Positions 24,543 through 37,849 are shown, counted from the first letter of the stretch. The stretch: 64,000 nucleotides of DNA from Paragordius varius (GCA_964247055.1 OZ176059.1:1550001-1614000); one strand, 5' to 3'. Program-made: numbers and translations. The notes: a model not told the origin generated them from the letters alone.

Positions 24543-25634
24543 TTAATCTTCGACAAATTCATGTACGTCATAGAGTTTAGCAAAATTTTGGATAAAATAT
24601 GGTATAGTCATATCAACTGTAATATTTTTGCGTAAAATGTCCGTTATAGAAGTGACAACTAAGGAGTCTTCTAAATTTTGTCGTCCATTTTTGGGAGAGT
24701 CAAAACGATTCGTCTGCTGCAAAGAATTATTGATTTTGGTCAAACAATCTTGTTTTGTGGACTCAAATTCGCTTTTAAGATTATTTTTGTTTTCACTTAG
24801 TAATGAAGATGTTTGAAGATGTTGTGAAAGACCACATGGATCTATATACCTATACCATTTAAGGTTAACGTTACAATTTAGTGCGACACCATGAGAGGTG
24901 TAAAAATTGGCAAATCTTACACCAAGGGCCCCAACCTTTTGTGGTGACAAGGCTATAAAAGTTTCATTTAAACACTCCACCGGTTTTGAATCCGTTGTTA
25001 ATAATAACGAATCAAAATTTGTTTTAACTGTCATTTGTGAATTAGGAGTAATCAGCTGTTTAACTTCAGGTATATACCAGCTACCTGTTAGCGATGAGGG
25101 TGTTACTTTACTGTATATATAAGGCGTTTGTAAATCTCTACATGTTAATGTCATACTGTAAATTAAATTATTCACATGGATCCGAATAAAATTTAGACTA
25201 GTTTGATTAGCCTGTGATATCGTTTCGCTATCTTGGTAATTTGATGTTAACCGATCTAAGTATGGAGGACTGAATACAGAACGTAAATTTAAGATGGGAT
25301 ATGCAATTAATTGTCCTGGTCCATGGAATGTTATTAAGCCACCTCGATTAGTTTCGTAATATTCAGCCCCTTGTTCCATTAAAAATTTTTTGTTAACAGT
25401 ATAAATCGTGTCTTTAGCAGGTATATTTCCATCTTTATACTTTCGAATACCCACGGTATAAACAGGATTATGTTGTAAAAGTATAAGGATCCCTAATATT
25501 TTTTCATCCCGTTTGATTATGTCCAAAGCTCTTTCCTGTACTTTCAAACCTTCTGCATAACTTACTATTCCTAACTTCCAAAGTTTAAATATTCTTTTGC
25601 ATAAAAATAAAAAATAAAAGGCTTACCTTTTCAT
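24543..25634 (-). CDS. LIPT2: Octanoyltransferase LIPT2/LipB; 8-nt first exon (25634-25627), 33-nt intron, exon 2 at 25593-24543
   Basis: MKR/IFKLWKLGIVSYAEGLKVQE...LQHNPVYTVGIR...TNRGGLITFHGPGQLIAYPILNL...KVGALGVRF...TSHGVALNCNVNLKWYRYIDPCGL. Unspliced, the start reads ATG AAA AGG TAA, so the GTAAGC...AG intron is required. Confidence 0.9.
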
Positions 25635-25704
25635 AAGTCTCGGCAATGGTATGAAGAATGGGATGAGAAGTAATCAGAAAAACAACTTTTTGCAGAACGG
25701 TCGA

Positions 25705-28700
25705 ATGAAAGTAATAAATAAGCATGTTACGAATCCTATCAAGCAAAAATCTCATCTTTTCCATAAAAACCCAAAATTGTATGAAGAGGAAGTAATTAAA
25801 ATTATGATTAACCTATAAATTAGTTTTTACAGCAGTATAATCAGTTCATAATTTTATACAATGCCTTAAAATTGAACCCACATGCTGAGCATAAAGAATT
25901 TGCCAACTCTATTGTATCCTTGTCAAAGGTTAATGCCCATTATAATTGTAAGGTTGTACCATACTATAAAGATAAACAGGAGGAATTCAAAATGGTTTGC
26001 ATTGATAGTCTTAAAATTACTTCACATCCCGAAATGAAATTGGTTTTATTTTTATTGGTTTACATTTTTTTGTTTTAGATCCTTTGTAAAATTACAATGG
26101 GTTTAAGGCAACGCAAAATAATTGATACAATGACCTTTGCCCAACTTATGTTAGATTGCATACTTTCTTTACATCAAACAAGTTTCGATCAATCATCCAA
26201 TGATATAAAATTACAATCATCTGAATCTAATAACTCAATTACGCCTTCCACATCGCTTTACAAAAATGAATATAAGAAAAAAATGCGGAATTTAATTATA
26301 TCATTCCTGGTGAACGATATGAAAAATGAAAATTCACGTCATAAAAATCCCAACCTAAACTCCAAACTTCAAACCTTTTTATATCAAATTTATTCGGCAA
26401 ACACTTATGATTCCAGCAATAACACCAACAACAATAATAATAATTTTCGAATCGATGATGATTTTAAGGCTTTTGCTAAAACTGCCCTACTCATAACTAT
26501 GCGGCTTTACATCAAAGGGATTTGGAATGATGGGAAAACGGTTAATTTTTTGGCTCAAGCTTGTTTCTCCCGCATAGCTAATGTAAGTTAAATCCAAAAT
26601 ATTACCTTCTTTTTGGTTTCGTCACATACTGGTTATATTATTATGGAGATAAAACTGTAAAAGATTAAGACAAATATTTTTTTATATTAACACCACATTA
26701 TACATTTTTACAATTTCTAGCCTAGGTTATGTATGGATAAAATTAGAGTTTACAATAGTATGGCTTTCCTTTTAATAACTATTTGATTTTTAGTGTTTAT
26801 ATATTTAAGGTTATAATATTCTGTTTTGTTGTTAACACACTCAATTCATGTTGCATCAGTTATTTTGTATTTGAATATTATATATATATTTCGTGTTAAA
26901 GCTTATCTGTTGTTGAGAATAACGATTGTGTAACGTCTACGCAAATAAGGCATGCACACATAAAAAGAACTTGTGATATAATAGCCAGTCACTTTTTTAT
27001 TTTGGTTTTCTTTTTATCGCTCAACTCTATTTTAATATACCATATTGCTATACGTGAATAAATCAACTTTTCATTTGGTGCCGTGTTAGCTTTCAATGAG
27101 CCAAGCGTTGGACATTTCAAAACTGGTTTTGGAGCCTTTTAAGGAACCGATGAATTTTACGCAATATATACGTCACATCAGGAGAGTCATAAATTTCAAA
27201 AATATCGAATCCAATGACACCACAATGAAACGCACCTTTCTCGCTTTCGGCGGTATTCAAGTAATAATGAAAATCGAAACTTTAGCATACCCAAAACTCA
27301 TAGATGACATGGAATGGGAGGAAATTGCAACCTTGGCCACTCAGATATTATTTACCAATCAGCAGCCTATGGTTGATTCGAGTTGAATTCTACCGATTAA
27401 AAAAAATGCCAGATGAATCAGTCATGGATTTCCTGGAACGTCTGAAAGCAAAGTGTGAAGCCGGGAAATTTGAAGGGGATATTCAGTCAAAATTACGCGA
27501 TTTATTCCTGGTAGGTCTTGAAAATCCCAGAGTCGAACGCGAAATTCAATCCAAATATCCAGATGGCAAAAAGGACGGGGGTCCGGTAACCCTTCAAGCG
27601 ATTGTAGACATCGCTTATTCCTATGAATTAGAAGATAAAAAGGTTCACAACATCAGAGATAATAATGATATGAACAATAATAATACAAGTGAACTTCCTT
27701 CAAGTATCCAACCAGTTGTTAATGATAATAATACAATCAATCAAATAACCCGAAAGATATGTAGTAATTGTGGGTATCGACATGGTTCCGCCATTTGTCC
27801 GGCAAAAGGAAAACGGTGTTTCAATTGCGACAAATGGAATCATTTCAGCACAGTATGCAAGGCAACGTTCCGACGGCCGTCAATCCGCACCATGACTAGC
27901 CCGAACAACACCCCCCGGATTTAAGTATTAATAAATAATATACCAACAACGTTTATCTACGATACGGGCGCCGAGGTATCCGTTATTGACAAGCGCACTT
28001 GGGTAAATATTGGTCGACCTCGTTTGCTCCCAGGTCCAAATTTGCGAACCTACAATGATGGCCCGATAGAAGTACTCGGAAAATCGATAATTTCAGTGGT
28101 TTTGAACGAAGTGCGTGGTGACGCAAACTAACCCACCAAGTATTGCCCCAAACCCCTTGTTGGAAGCATCTGTTTCGATCAACAAGGGAAAACGGTCGTT
28201 AAATGGCATTAAAGCGGGGGGCCTGGTTAGCAAGCTTTTTGCTTTCGCGAATTCACTATCATCTGCCGGGGTCCACCGCCAAGGTGTATTCTTTCCACTT
28301 AACTTGTGTAAGGTTGCTAGGTGTGGGTGACAGTTTGGTATAAACCGCTCATGAAAATTTATTTAGCCTAAGAACGAACGTAGCTCAGTTTTGTTTGTAG
28401 GTGTCGGACAATTTTTAATGGCCTCTAATTTTTCATTGGACGGCTCAATACCTTGGTCAGAAATCACGTACCCCATGTATTTTACTCGTGAGATACCAAT
28501 TTGCAATTTGTCTCGGCGCAATCGTAATCCCGCCTCTTGTAACCTTCTAAATACTTCCCTTAATCTTTGATCATGTTCCTCCCTGGTAGCTCCGGAAATT
28601 AAGACATCATCCAGGTACACACAAATACCAGGTATGTCCTTTAAAAGATTGTCCATGCATCTTTGAAAGATCATAGGTGCTGAAGTTAATCCGAATGGAA

Positions 28701-31700
28701 GTCGTTGGTAAGCATAAAACCCTTTGTGAGTTGTGATGGTTACTAGCGTCTGTGACGCCTGGTCTATCGGAAATTGTAAGTAAGCATCTTTCAGGTCTAA
28801 AGTGGAAAAAATTATCCCATTTGCCACTTTGGTGGCCAACTCGTCAAAAGTAGGTATCAGATGGGAATCCTTTGCTAAATAACGGTTGATACTAATTCGG
28901 AAATCGGCACATATCCTAATTTCTCCATTTTCTTTAATTATATTTACTGTGGGAGAGGCCCATGTTATTAGGGTTTGGGTCGGATCGATAGGTCGGAGTA
29001 TTTTGAGTTTAATTAATCTATCAATTTCATTTTCTACTAAAGGTTTTAGAGTTAAAGGTACCCTACGACAAGGAAAAACTTTAGGTTTGGCCCCGGGGTC
29101 GATAAATAATTTTATTGGGGGCCCCTTGAAAGTACCTATTTCAAACCGTAATCAGAAAAAGATTTAATATACACGGTTTTGAAACGCAATTATTGAACGA
29201 ATTAAGGAAAAATATAGTAAAAATGTAAAACTAGATATTATATTGAAAAGTTGATTTATTCACGTATAGCAATATGGTATATTAAAATAGAGTTGAGCGA
29301 TAAAAAGAAAACCAAAATAAAAAAGTGAGTGGCTATTGTATCACAAGTTGTTTTATGTGTGCATGCCTTATTTGCGTAGACGTTACACAATCGTTATTCT
29401 CAACAACAGATAAGCTTTAACACGAAATATATATATAATATTCAAATACAAAATAACTGATGCACCATGAATTGAGTGTGTTAACAAAATAGAATATTAT
29501 AACCTTACATTACTTTCCCCCTAAGTTGACCACGGGGGCTGTCGTGTTCGTACATTATACCTATAAGTTTAAACGATCGGGAGGCTGCCGTCTTCTTAGC
29601 GGATATCTACGCTCGGGTAGGTCAGAAACCTCCTTTACCACGTCGGGTGTGGCCTCTACAGGCGTCAGCGATTCTGGGGCTACGTCTTGCCATGAGGTAG
29701 CAGGAGTTGGGGCATGGACTATTTGAGATTCCGAGGTGGGATGGAAGGTTTGTTCGGAGTGAGCTCCCTCCACATGACCCAGGACACTTTCGACGCTAGG
29801 ATATTTATGCTCTATTAAGGGATTAGTTTCGTATGAATTCCCTCCTGACCTACGTCGTAATTGATCTACATGTTTACGTTTTCGAATCCCTTCCTCATCT
29901 TGCACTTCATACGAGAGTAACCCCCTTCTCTCCAGAATGTGACCTGGCCCCCAGCCTAAGGCCATTTCATTTTTAATATAGACCGGATCGTCTTGTTGGA
30001 ATTCGCGTCTCGATTCATTTTCGTGCTCTATAAATTCGACAGGGGTTGTTTTTACCCAAGAGATAGGATTGTGTACACGCCGTCTTAGGAATATGGCGGA
30101 AGGCGTTTCTTTTAGCGAAGAATGCATGCTAGTGAATAAAGGACCGTGTTGATAGCTTCATATGCATGCATTTGTTGGGTCTTAGTAGCGGCATATTTCG
30201 TTTTTAATGTCTTTATTACTCTCTCTACTAGGCCGTTTGTTTTGGGGTGATAGGGTGCTGCACAGATGTGCTTTATATTCATCTGATTTAGGAGAGTCGT
30301 AAATTCTCTTGAAGTAAAAAACGTGGCATTATCGGTCACAATTTGGCGGGGAAAACCAAATCGTGCGATGTGTTTTTCCAGGCAATTTAAAACGCTTTGA
30401 CTCGTTATTGATTTAAGAAGATCTATCTCTACCCACCGTGAGGCGCTATCGATAGTCACTAACCAATAATATCCGTCCACCGGTCCAGCAACATCTATAT
30501 GTAACCTTTCCCATGTCAAAGTGTTAAAATTCCATCGATAGGGAAGATTTTCAGGTGCGTTAGGTCGATAGGTTTGGCAAGCCTCGCACCTTTCCACATA
30601 ATTCGCTAGATCGGTGTCTAATTCGGGCCAAAATACCGAACACCGGGCTTGGGCTTTCATTGTTTTTAGCCCGCTGTGTCCCGTATGCAGAAGTTGCAAT
30701 ATCGTTTCCTGCATCGCTTGTGGTATCACTAAGCGATCATTCAGGTATAACAGATTATAACAACACTCCAAGTCGTTTTTATGTTTTAAAAAAGGTTTCA
30801 GATCTTTGTAGATCCAACCGTTTGTCCTGAGAGCATTTTTAACTTTTGATAACCGTTGGTCAGTGATTGTTGCCTCTTCGACCACTTTCTTATTTACATC
30901 CAGCGTTTTTAGAGCCAAAAATCGTACCTGCTTGGTGGCCGCGTCATCTTCATCATCTGGTTGGCTATGCTCTATGGGAAGTCTCGACAACTCGTCGACT
31001 AAGTTTTCTTCCCCTTTCTTGTAAAATATTTCATACGCGTACCCGATGGTATTCGATATTCACCTGTCAGCAGTTTGCTATTATTAATGTTGTTCATGTC
31101 TCTCTTCCGCCCAAATACTGACACTAGCGGTTTATGATCTGTATATATCTCGACGGTCTTCCATATATAAAGTATTTAAATTTTTCTAGGGCAAACACTA
31201 TGGCCTTGGCCTCTTTTTCGATCGTGGAATAACCCTTTTCTGCTATTGAACAAGTTCGTGACGCGTAAAAAATTGGGCGTTTCCCCTGTGGGGTAAGTCG
31301 TAGACTTGTTAAACATCTTACAGTACTTCTTCATTATTGATACAAATGGGATGAACCAATTGAGCTTTTTAATGTCTAAGACGTGGGAAAGTAATCCCTG
31401 GTCTGTAGGGTTAGTCTCTGATCTTACTCCTACCGATGTGTCGGGAGGGGAAAAGTATCCACTTTGGGAAATTAATCTTTTATTTGTGTCTTTTTGAGCT
31501 TCACAAATGTAACTAATTCCTGGGGAATCCAAGAGCTTCTGAAAGATCAGGAGCTTTTCAGGATCTGGGTTTGACCAGTTGATTCCGTCAATTTTGACTG
31601 GATTGTCGTTGGTAATCGCTTCACCGTCTGGGTGTGCAAGTGGGTTCCAAGGGTATGGAAGTCTTCCATTGCTTAATCCTGATCTAGCTTTTTGGATGGC

Positions 31701-34700
31701 ACCCTTACATTAGCAGAATTTACTTCGGTGTTTTATTTTACATCAAAGTTTTAACTCTTCAAGATGAAGTCGGAGATCTATCAATAGATCAAGCCAAAAC
31801 CCTAGCCGCTTCTAAGAAGGCATGGAAATTTTCAAATCTCCCTGTCCCCGGACCATTAGTTACATTTTTTCAAGCTATAACCCCGTCCAAAGTGAACTTT
31901 GCTTCAGCAAATTTTGCCTACCCCAGAATTCCAGACAAAGTCGGACCACCAATTCTTGGTGACACCGAGACCGATAAGAAGGTGGAGTACTTGTTACCTC
32001 AACTAAACCTCCTTTACGGATTATTACGAGGATTCTCTAGCCAAAAAAGCTAGAACAGGATTAAGCAATGGAAGACTTCCATACCCTTGGAACCCACTTG
32101 CACACCCAGACGGTGAAGCGATTACCAACGACAATCCAGTCAAAATTGACGGAATCAACTGGTCAAACCCAGAACCTGAAAAGCTCCTGATCCTTCAGAA
32201 GCTCTTGGATTCCCCAGGAATTAGTTACATTTGTGAAGCTCAAAACGACACAAATAAAAGATTTTCCCAAAATGGATACTTTTCCCCTCCCGACACATCG
32301 GTAGGAGTAAGATCAGAGACTAACCCTACAGACCAGGGATTACTTTCCCACGTCTTAGACATTAAAAAGCTCAATTGGTTCATACCATTTGTATCAATAA
32401 TGAAGAAGTACTGTAAGATGTTTAACAAGTCTACGACTTACCCCACAGGGGAAACGCCCAATTTTTTACGCGTCACAAACTTGTTCAATAGCAGAAAAGG
32501 GTTATTCCACGATCGAAAAAGAGGTCAAGGCCATAGTGTTTGCCCTAGAAAAATTTAAATACTTTATATATGGAAGACCGTTCGAGATATATACAGATCA
32601 TAAACCGCTAGTGTCAGTATTTGGGCGGAAGAGAGACATGAACAACATTAATAATAGCAAACTGCTGACAGGTGAATATCGAATACCATCGGGTACGCGT
32701 ATGAAATATTTTACAAGAAAGGGGAAGAAAACTTAGTCGACGAGTTGTCGAGACTTCCCATAGAGCATAGCCAACCAGATGATGAAGATGACGCGGCCAC
32801 CAAGCAGGTACGATTTTTGGCTCTAAAAACGCTGGATGTAAATAAGAAAGTGGTCGAAGAGGCAACAATCACTGACCAACGGTTATCAAAAGTTAAAAAT
32901 GCTCTCAGGACAAACGGTTGGATCTACAAAGATCTGAAACCTTTTTTAAAACATAAAAACGACTTGGAGTGTTGTTATAATCTGTTATACCTGAATGATC
33001 GCTTAGTGATACCACAAGCGATGCAGGAAACGATATTGCAACTTCTGCATACGGGACACAGCGGGCTAAAAACAATGAAAGCCCAAGCCCGGTGTTCGGT
33101 ATTTTGGCCCGAATTAGACACCGATCTAGCGAATTATGTGGAAAGGTGCGAGGCTTGCCAAACCTATCGACCTAACGCACCTGAAAATCTTCCCTATCGA
33201 TGGAATTTTAACACTTTGACATGGGAAAGGTTACATATAGATGTTGCTGGACCGGTGGACGGATATTATTGGTTAGTGACTATCGATAGCGCCTCACGGT
33301 GGGTAGAGATAGATCTTCTTAAATCAATAACGAGTCAAAGCGTTTTAAATTGCCTGGAAAAACACATCGCACGATTTGGTTTTCCCCGCCAAATTGTGAC
33401 CGATAATGCCACGTTTTTTACTTCAAGAGAATTTACGACTCTCCTAAATCAGATGAATATAAAGCACATCTGTGCAGCACCCTATCACCCCAAAACAAAC
33501 GGCCTAGTAGAGAGAGTAATAAAGACATTAAAAACGAAATATGCCGCTACTAAGACCCAACAAATGCATGCATATGAAGCTATCAACACGGTCCTTTATT
33601 CACTAGCATGCATTCTTCGCTAAAAGAAACGCCTTCCGCCATATTCCTAAGACGGCGTGTACACAATCCTATCTCTTGGGTAAAAACAACCCCTGTCGAA
33701 TTTATAGAGCACGAAAATGAATCGAGACGCGAATTCCAACAAGACGATCCGGTCTATATTAAAAATGAAATGGCCTTAGGCTGGGGGCCAGGTCACATTC
33801 TGGAGAGAAGGGGGTTACTCTCGTATGAAGTGCAAGATGAGGAAGGGATTCGAAAACGTAAACATGTAGATCAATTACGACGTAGGTCAGGAGGGAATTC
33901 ATACGAAACTAATCCCTTAATAGAGCATAAATATCCTAGCGTCGAAAGTGTCCTGGGTCATGTGGAGGGAGCTCACTCCGAACAAACCTTCCATCCCACC
34001 TCGGAATCTCAAATAGTCCATGCCCCAACTCCTGCTACCTCATGGCAAGACGTAGCCCCAGAATCGCTGACGCCTGTAGAGGCCACACCCGACGTGGTAA
34101 AGGAGGTTTCTGACCTACCCGAGCGTAGATATCCGCTAAGAAGACGGCAGCCTCCCGATCGTTTAAACTTATAGGTATAATGTACGAACACGACAGCCCC
34201 CGTGGTCAACTTAGGGGGAAAGTAATGTAAGGTTATAATATTCTATTTTGTTAACACACTCAATTCATGGTGCATCAGTTATTTTGTATTTGAATATTAT
34301 ATATATATTTCGTGTTAAAGCTTATCTGTTGTTGAGAATAACGATTGTGTAACGTCTACGCAAATAAGGCATGCACACATAAAAAGAACTTGTGATATAA
34401 TAGCCAGTCACTTTTTTATTTTGGTTTTCTTTTTATCGCTCAACTCTATTTTAATATACCATATTGCTATACGTGAATAAATCAACTTTTCAATATAATA
34501 TCTAGTTTTACATTTTTTTACTATATTTTTCCTTAATTCGTTCAATAATTGCGTTTCTAAACCGTGTATATTAAATCTTTTTCTGATTACGGTTTGAAAA
34601 TGTGGGGTTTGTTTGTTGTTTTATGCAGATAAAATAAACTTTGTCAAGTTACATAAATTTAACATTAATAATATCTAATTGAGTGGGTAACGACGAGAGT

Positions 34701-37305
34701 TTGTAATGTAAATGATGTTAGAATCGTCGTAAAATAACGCAAAAATAAAAATAATTTTATTAATTCTCAAATTTTCGCCATAGGCATCATCAGGAGATTA
34801 GTTATTTAATTTTTATTTTCTTATATTATATATATTTTTCTTAACTAATCTCATGATGATGCCTATGGCGAAAATTTGAGAATTAATAAAATTATTTTTA
34901 TTTTTGCGTTATTTTACGACGATTCTAACATCATTAATAATATCTATTATTTGGGTTTGGAAAAATCGGTATTTCACAAAATTCTTGTGTATTATCTCTT
35001 TTTTGCATAGTTTTTTTTAATTTTGTCTTCATATTTTCGAAAATATATATGTAGATTTTTTTCAAACTTAGATTATGTCAATGGCAATACGATTTTTCTT
35101 GAATCCAAACGATTTCAAAGTTGATGAAGACAATGATCCCAGCTGCTCAGCGACAAAAGTTTTATTCATAAATTATTTACAGTATTTATGTTTAATTGAT
35201 ATACCATTTACAGTTCAAATTCACCCTTGAACAATTCAAATTCACCCTCGAACAATTCAAATTCACCCTAAAAATAAATTATGTGTTTTCGAACTAACAT
35301 AACTCATTATTTATATAAAATATATCTTTATGGCATAATTTATTATTTTTTCAGTATTATTTTAATTTAAAACAAAATTTTATTTTTTAAAAAATAGATT
35401 AAAATATACGTAATTTTTAATCTTAAAAAACATGTTATTTATTTGAGGGTGAATTTGAATTGTTCGAGGGTGAATTTGAATTGTTCAAGGGTGAATTTGA
35501 ATTGTTTAAAGGTGAATTTGAATTGTTTAAGGGTGAATTTGAAGTGTATTTGGTATATATAGTGGAATGTTAATAACCATCACGCCTATAAACTAATAAT
35601 TACATCGCCGGTTTGTTTAACACTAACAAGTTAAATGAATTTGCGGATTTATTAATTACATAATTTGAAGGGTCAAATTTGAAAACTTATGAGGCCTTCT
35701 AATAAATATTTTTAAATTAAAACATTTTTTAATCATATGATTGTTAAAAATTTACTACGAATCAAACAATATAACTACCATTTATTTATGCACTTTCTTT
35801 GTTAATTTATTTCAAGATTGTTTAAAAGGAATATCAAAATAATTTATGTTTCGTAAATAGCGCACCTTATTTTTAATGTTATAAAATTTTAAAATTTTTG
35901 GAGGCTTAAATTGGATTTATTACCCCTGAATTAGATCATGTTGATTATTTACCGGTTTTTAAGTTTAAAATGTGTTAATTTTTAAGTTGTGTCATTATTT
36001 TAAGTCAGTTATGTTTCACGTCGCCACAAGCATACTTTATGGGTCCAAAAACAATAAGGAAATTATATATAATCATTTTATACTCTTTTTTACTAAAAGA
36101 ATCGAAATATTAGTAAAATAAACTATAAAATTAATTAAAAATTATTCAATTTTAATATTATATTCCCAAAACATGGGTCATGATAACCATATTGAGTTAT
36201 ATATATTTCTCCTATGTCATTAGGGTAGGGGGGGGAGCATACATTTTATTTCCAAACATGAAATATTTTAAAATGGTTAAAAATTATATTTTTTTCGTAG
36301 TATTTAATTATTTTTTGATTCATATTTTATCTGGTGAAAAAAAACTACCATATTGTAACAAAGAATTTACTTTAAATATAATTTTTATCGTTTTAAATAT
36401 AAAATTTTTTTTTAATTATCAAAAAATTATTTATTTTAGTCTAATGATGGCACACTAAATGCCGCCGATATTATGAAACGCAGTAAAATAACGAAAAAAA
36501 CTCGAAGTCGAAAGAAACAAACCGCGCGACAATTGAAAGCGCTCGTAAAACGCACCACTGCGACAGTGGATAAGGAAGGAATTACAATGTTTAATAGTAA
36601 TACACAAAAACTGATTGATTACCTTTATGATTCTCAAGGTTGTTTTTTTGCATATAAAACTTAACTTGACAAATTTATTTAAAATGTGCTTGATTAATAA
36701 TTCGATTGATTTGAGTTGATAAAACAGTGTGTGTGGAAGAATTGTATAATGAATTTAAAAAAATTGTCTTAAAAACCTTATTAGATAAGACTACTTTGAG
36801 GGAAATGGCGATTGATTAATATGCATGATGATTATTTTGACAAGAAATATTAGTATAGTTATGATTTAAAATGCAAAAATTGCGATTTTTATATCAGTTA
36901 ATATAATTGAAAATTACTTTAACATCGCTGCATTAATCCAAATTACAAAACAGTCTAATATTAAAACCCTTTGTAATAATACTTATTAATAACCAATCGA
37001 ATATCTTAAAATAAATTGTTTAAAAAATTATCTATCGTCGTAATTTACGGAAAAATTATATCATATTTTTTTATTTGTGTATAGAATTTGCTGAAAAATT
37101 ATTCCTACAATTACAACATCGCAATGAAGGGTTTGAGATACGGAGTATTAGTATAGATTTAGTTTCACGTATTATTGGTCTACATAAGGTAATAAATAAA
37201 TATATATATTTATAATGGTCAAATTACATATAATATTGTTTCCATTTTTTTAAATCGTTTTAGCATACCTGAGTGTTTAAAATTCTAATTAACACTTTAT
37301 TATTA

Positions 37306-37346
<41 letters not shown>

Positions 37347-37849
37347 TACAGTATGCATACTGTAATATTGATCAATTTTCATTATTGTTGGACAATTGGT
37401 ATGGTAATACACTAGCGTATGATATAAAACAAATTTCGTCCATTAAATAAACAAAGACGTTGTAATTTCAACCATTTGTTGATTTTATTACGCATACGCT
37501 ATTGTATTCGTTACTAGAATGTGAATTGATCCTATATATATATATATATGTATATACCATTTACTTGAACAATTCAAATTCACCCTCAAATAAAATATAT
37601 ATTTTTTTTTAAGATTAAAAATTACCTATATTTTATATTTTTAAAAAATAAAAATTTTGTTTTAAATTAAAATACAAACTATACCATAAACATATATTTC
37701 ATATTAATAATGAATTATATTAGTTCGAAAACACATAATTTATTTTTAGAATAAATTTGAATTGTTTAAGAGGGTGAATTTGAATTGTTTAAGGGTGAAT
37801 TTGAATTGTTCAAGGGTGATGAATTTGAATTGTTCAAGGGTGAATTTTA

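Larger units (their letters stand above)
26804..34492 (+). mobile_element. Rearranged Ty3/Gypsy LTR retrotransposon in SDA1 intron 3
   Basis: 5' LTR 26804-27073, 3' LTR 34226-34492 (TG...CA; the 5' copy starts TT), 5-bp TSD ATATA (26799-26803, 34493-34497), PBS, gag, protease, RT, RNase H, integrase (PR-RT-RH-IN order) and PPT. Confidence 0.93.

Noticed and set aside
31694-32436. Insert as a retroviral env or chromodomain ORF of the Gypsy element
   Set aside because: It lies inside RNase H rather than after integrase and has no signal peptide, TM anchor, furin site or chromodomain motif.
32205-32558. ORFs 32205-32558 and 31176-31532 as complete small proteins
   Set aside because: They start at TTG and are chimeric: viral capsid frame up to ~32436, then out-of-frame RNase H sequence.
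29139-34599. Palindrome as a pure amplification or assembly foldback artefact
   Set aside because: The arms differ by multiple substitutions and indels, and the junctions show microhomology. Downgraded but not excluded without reads.
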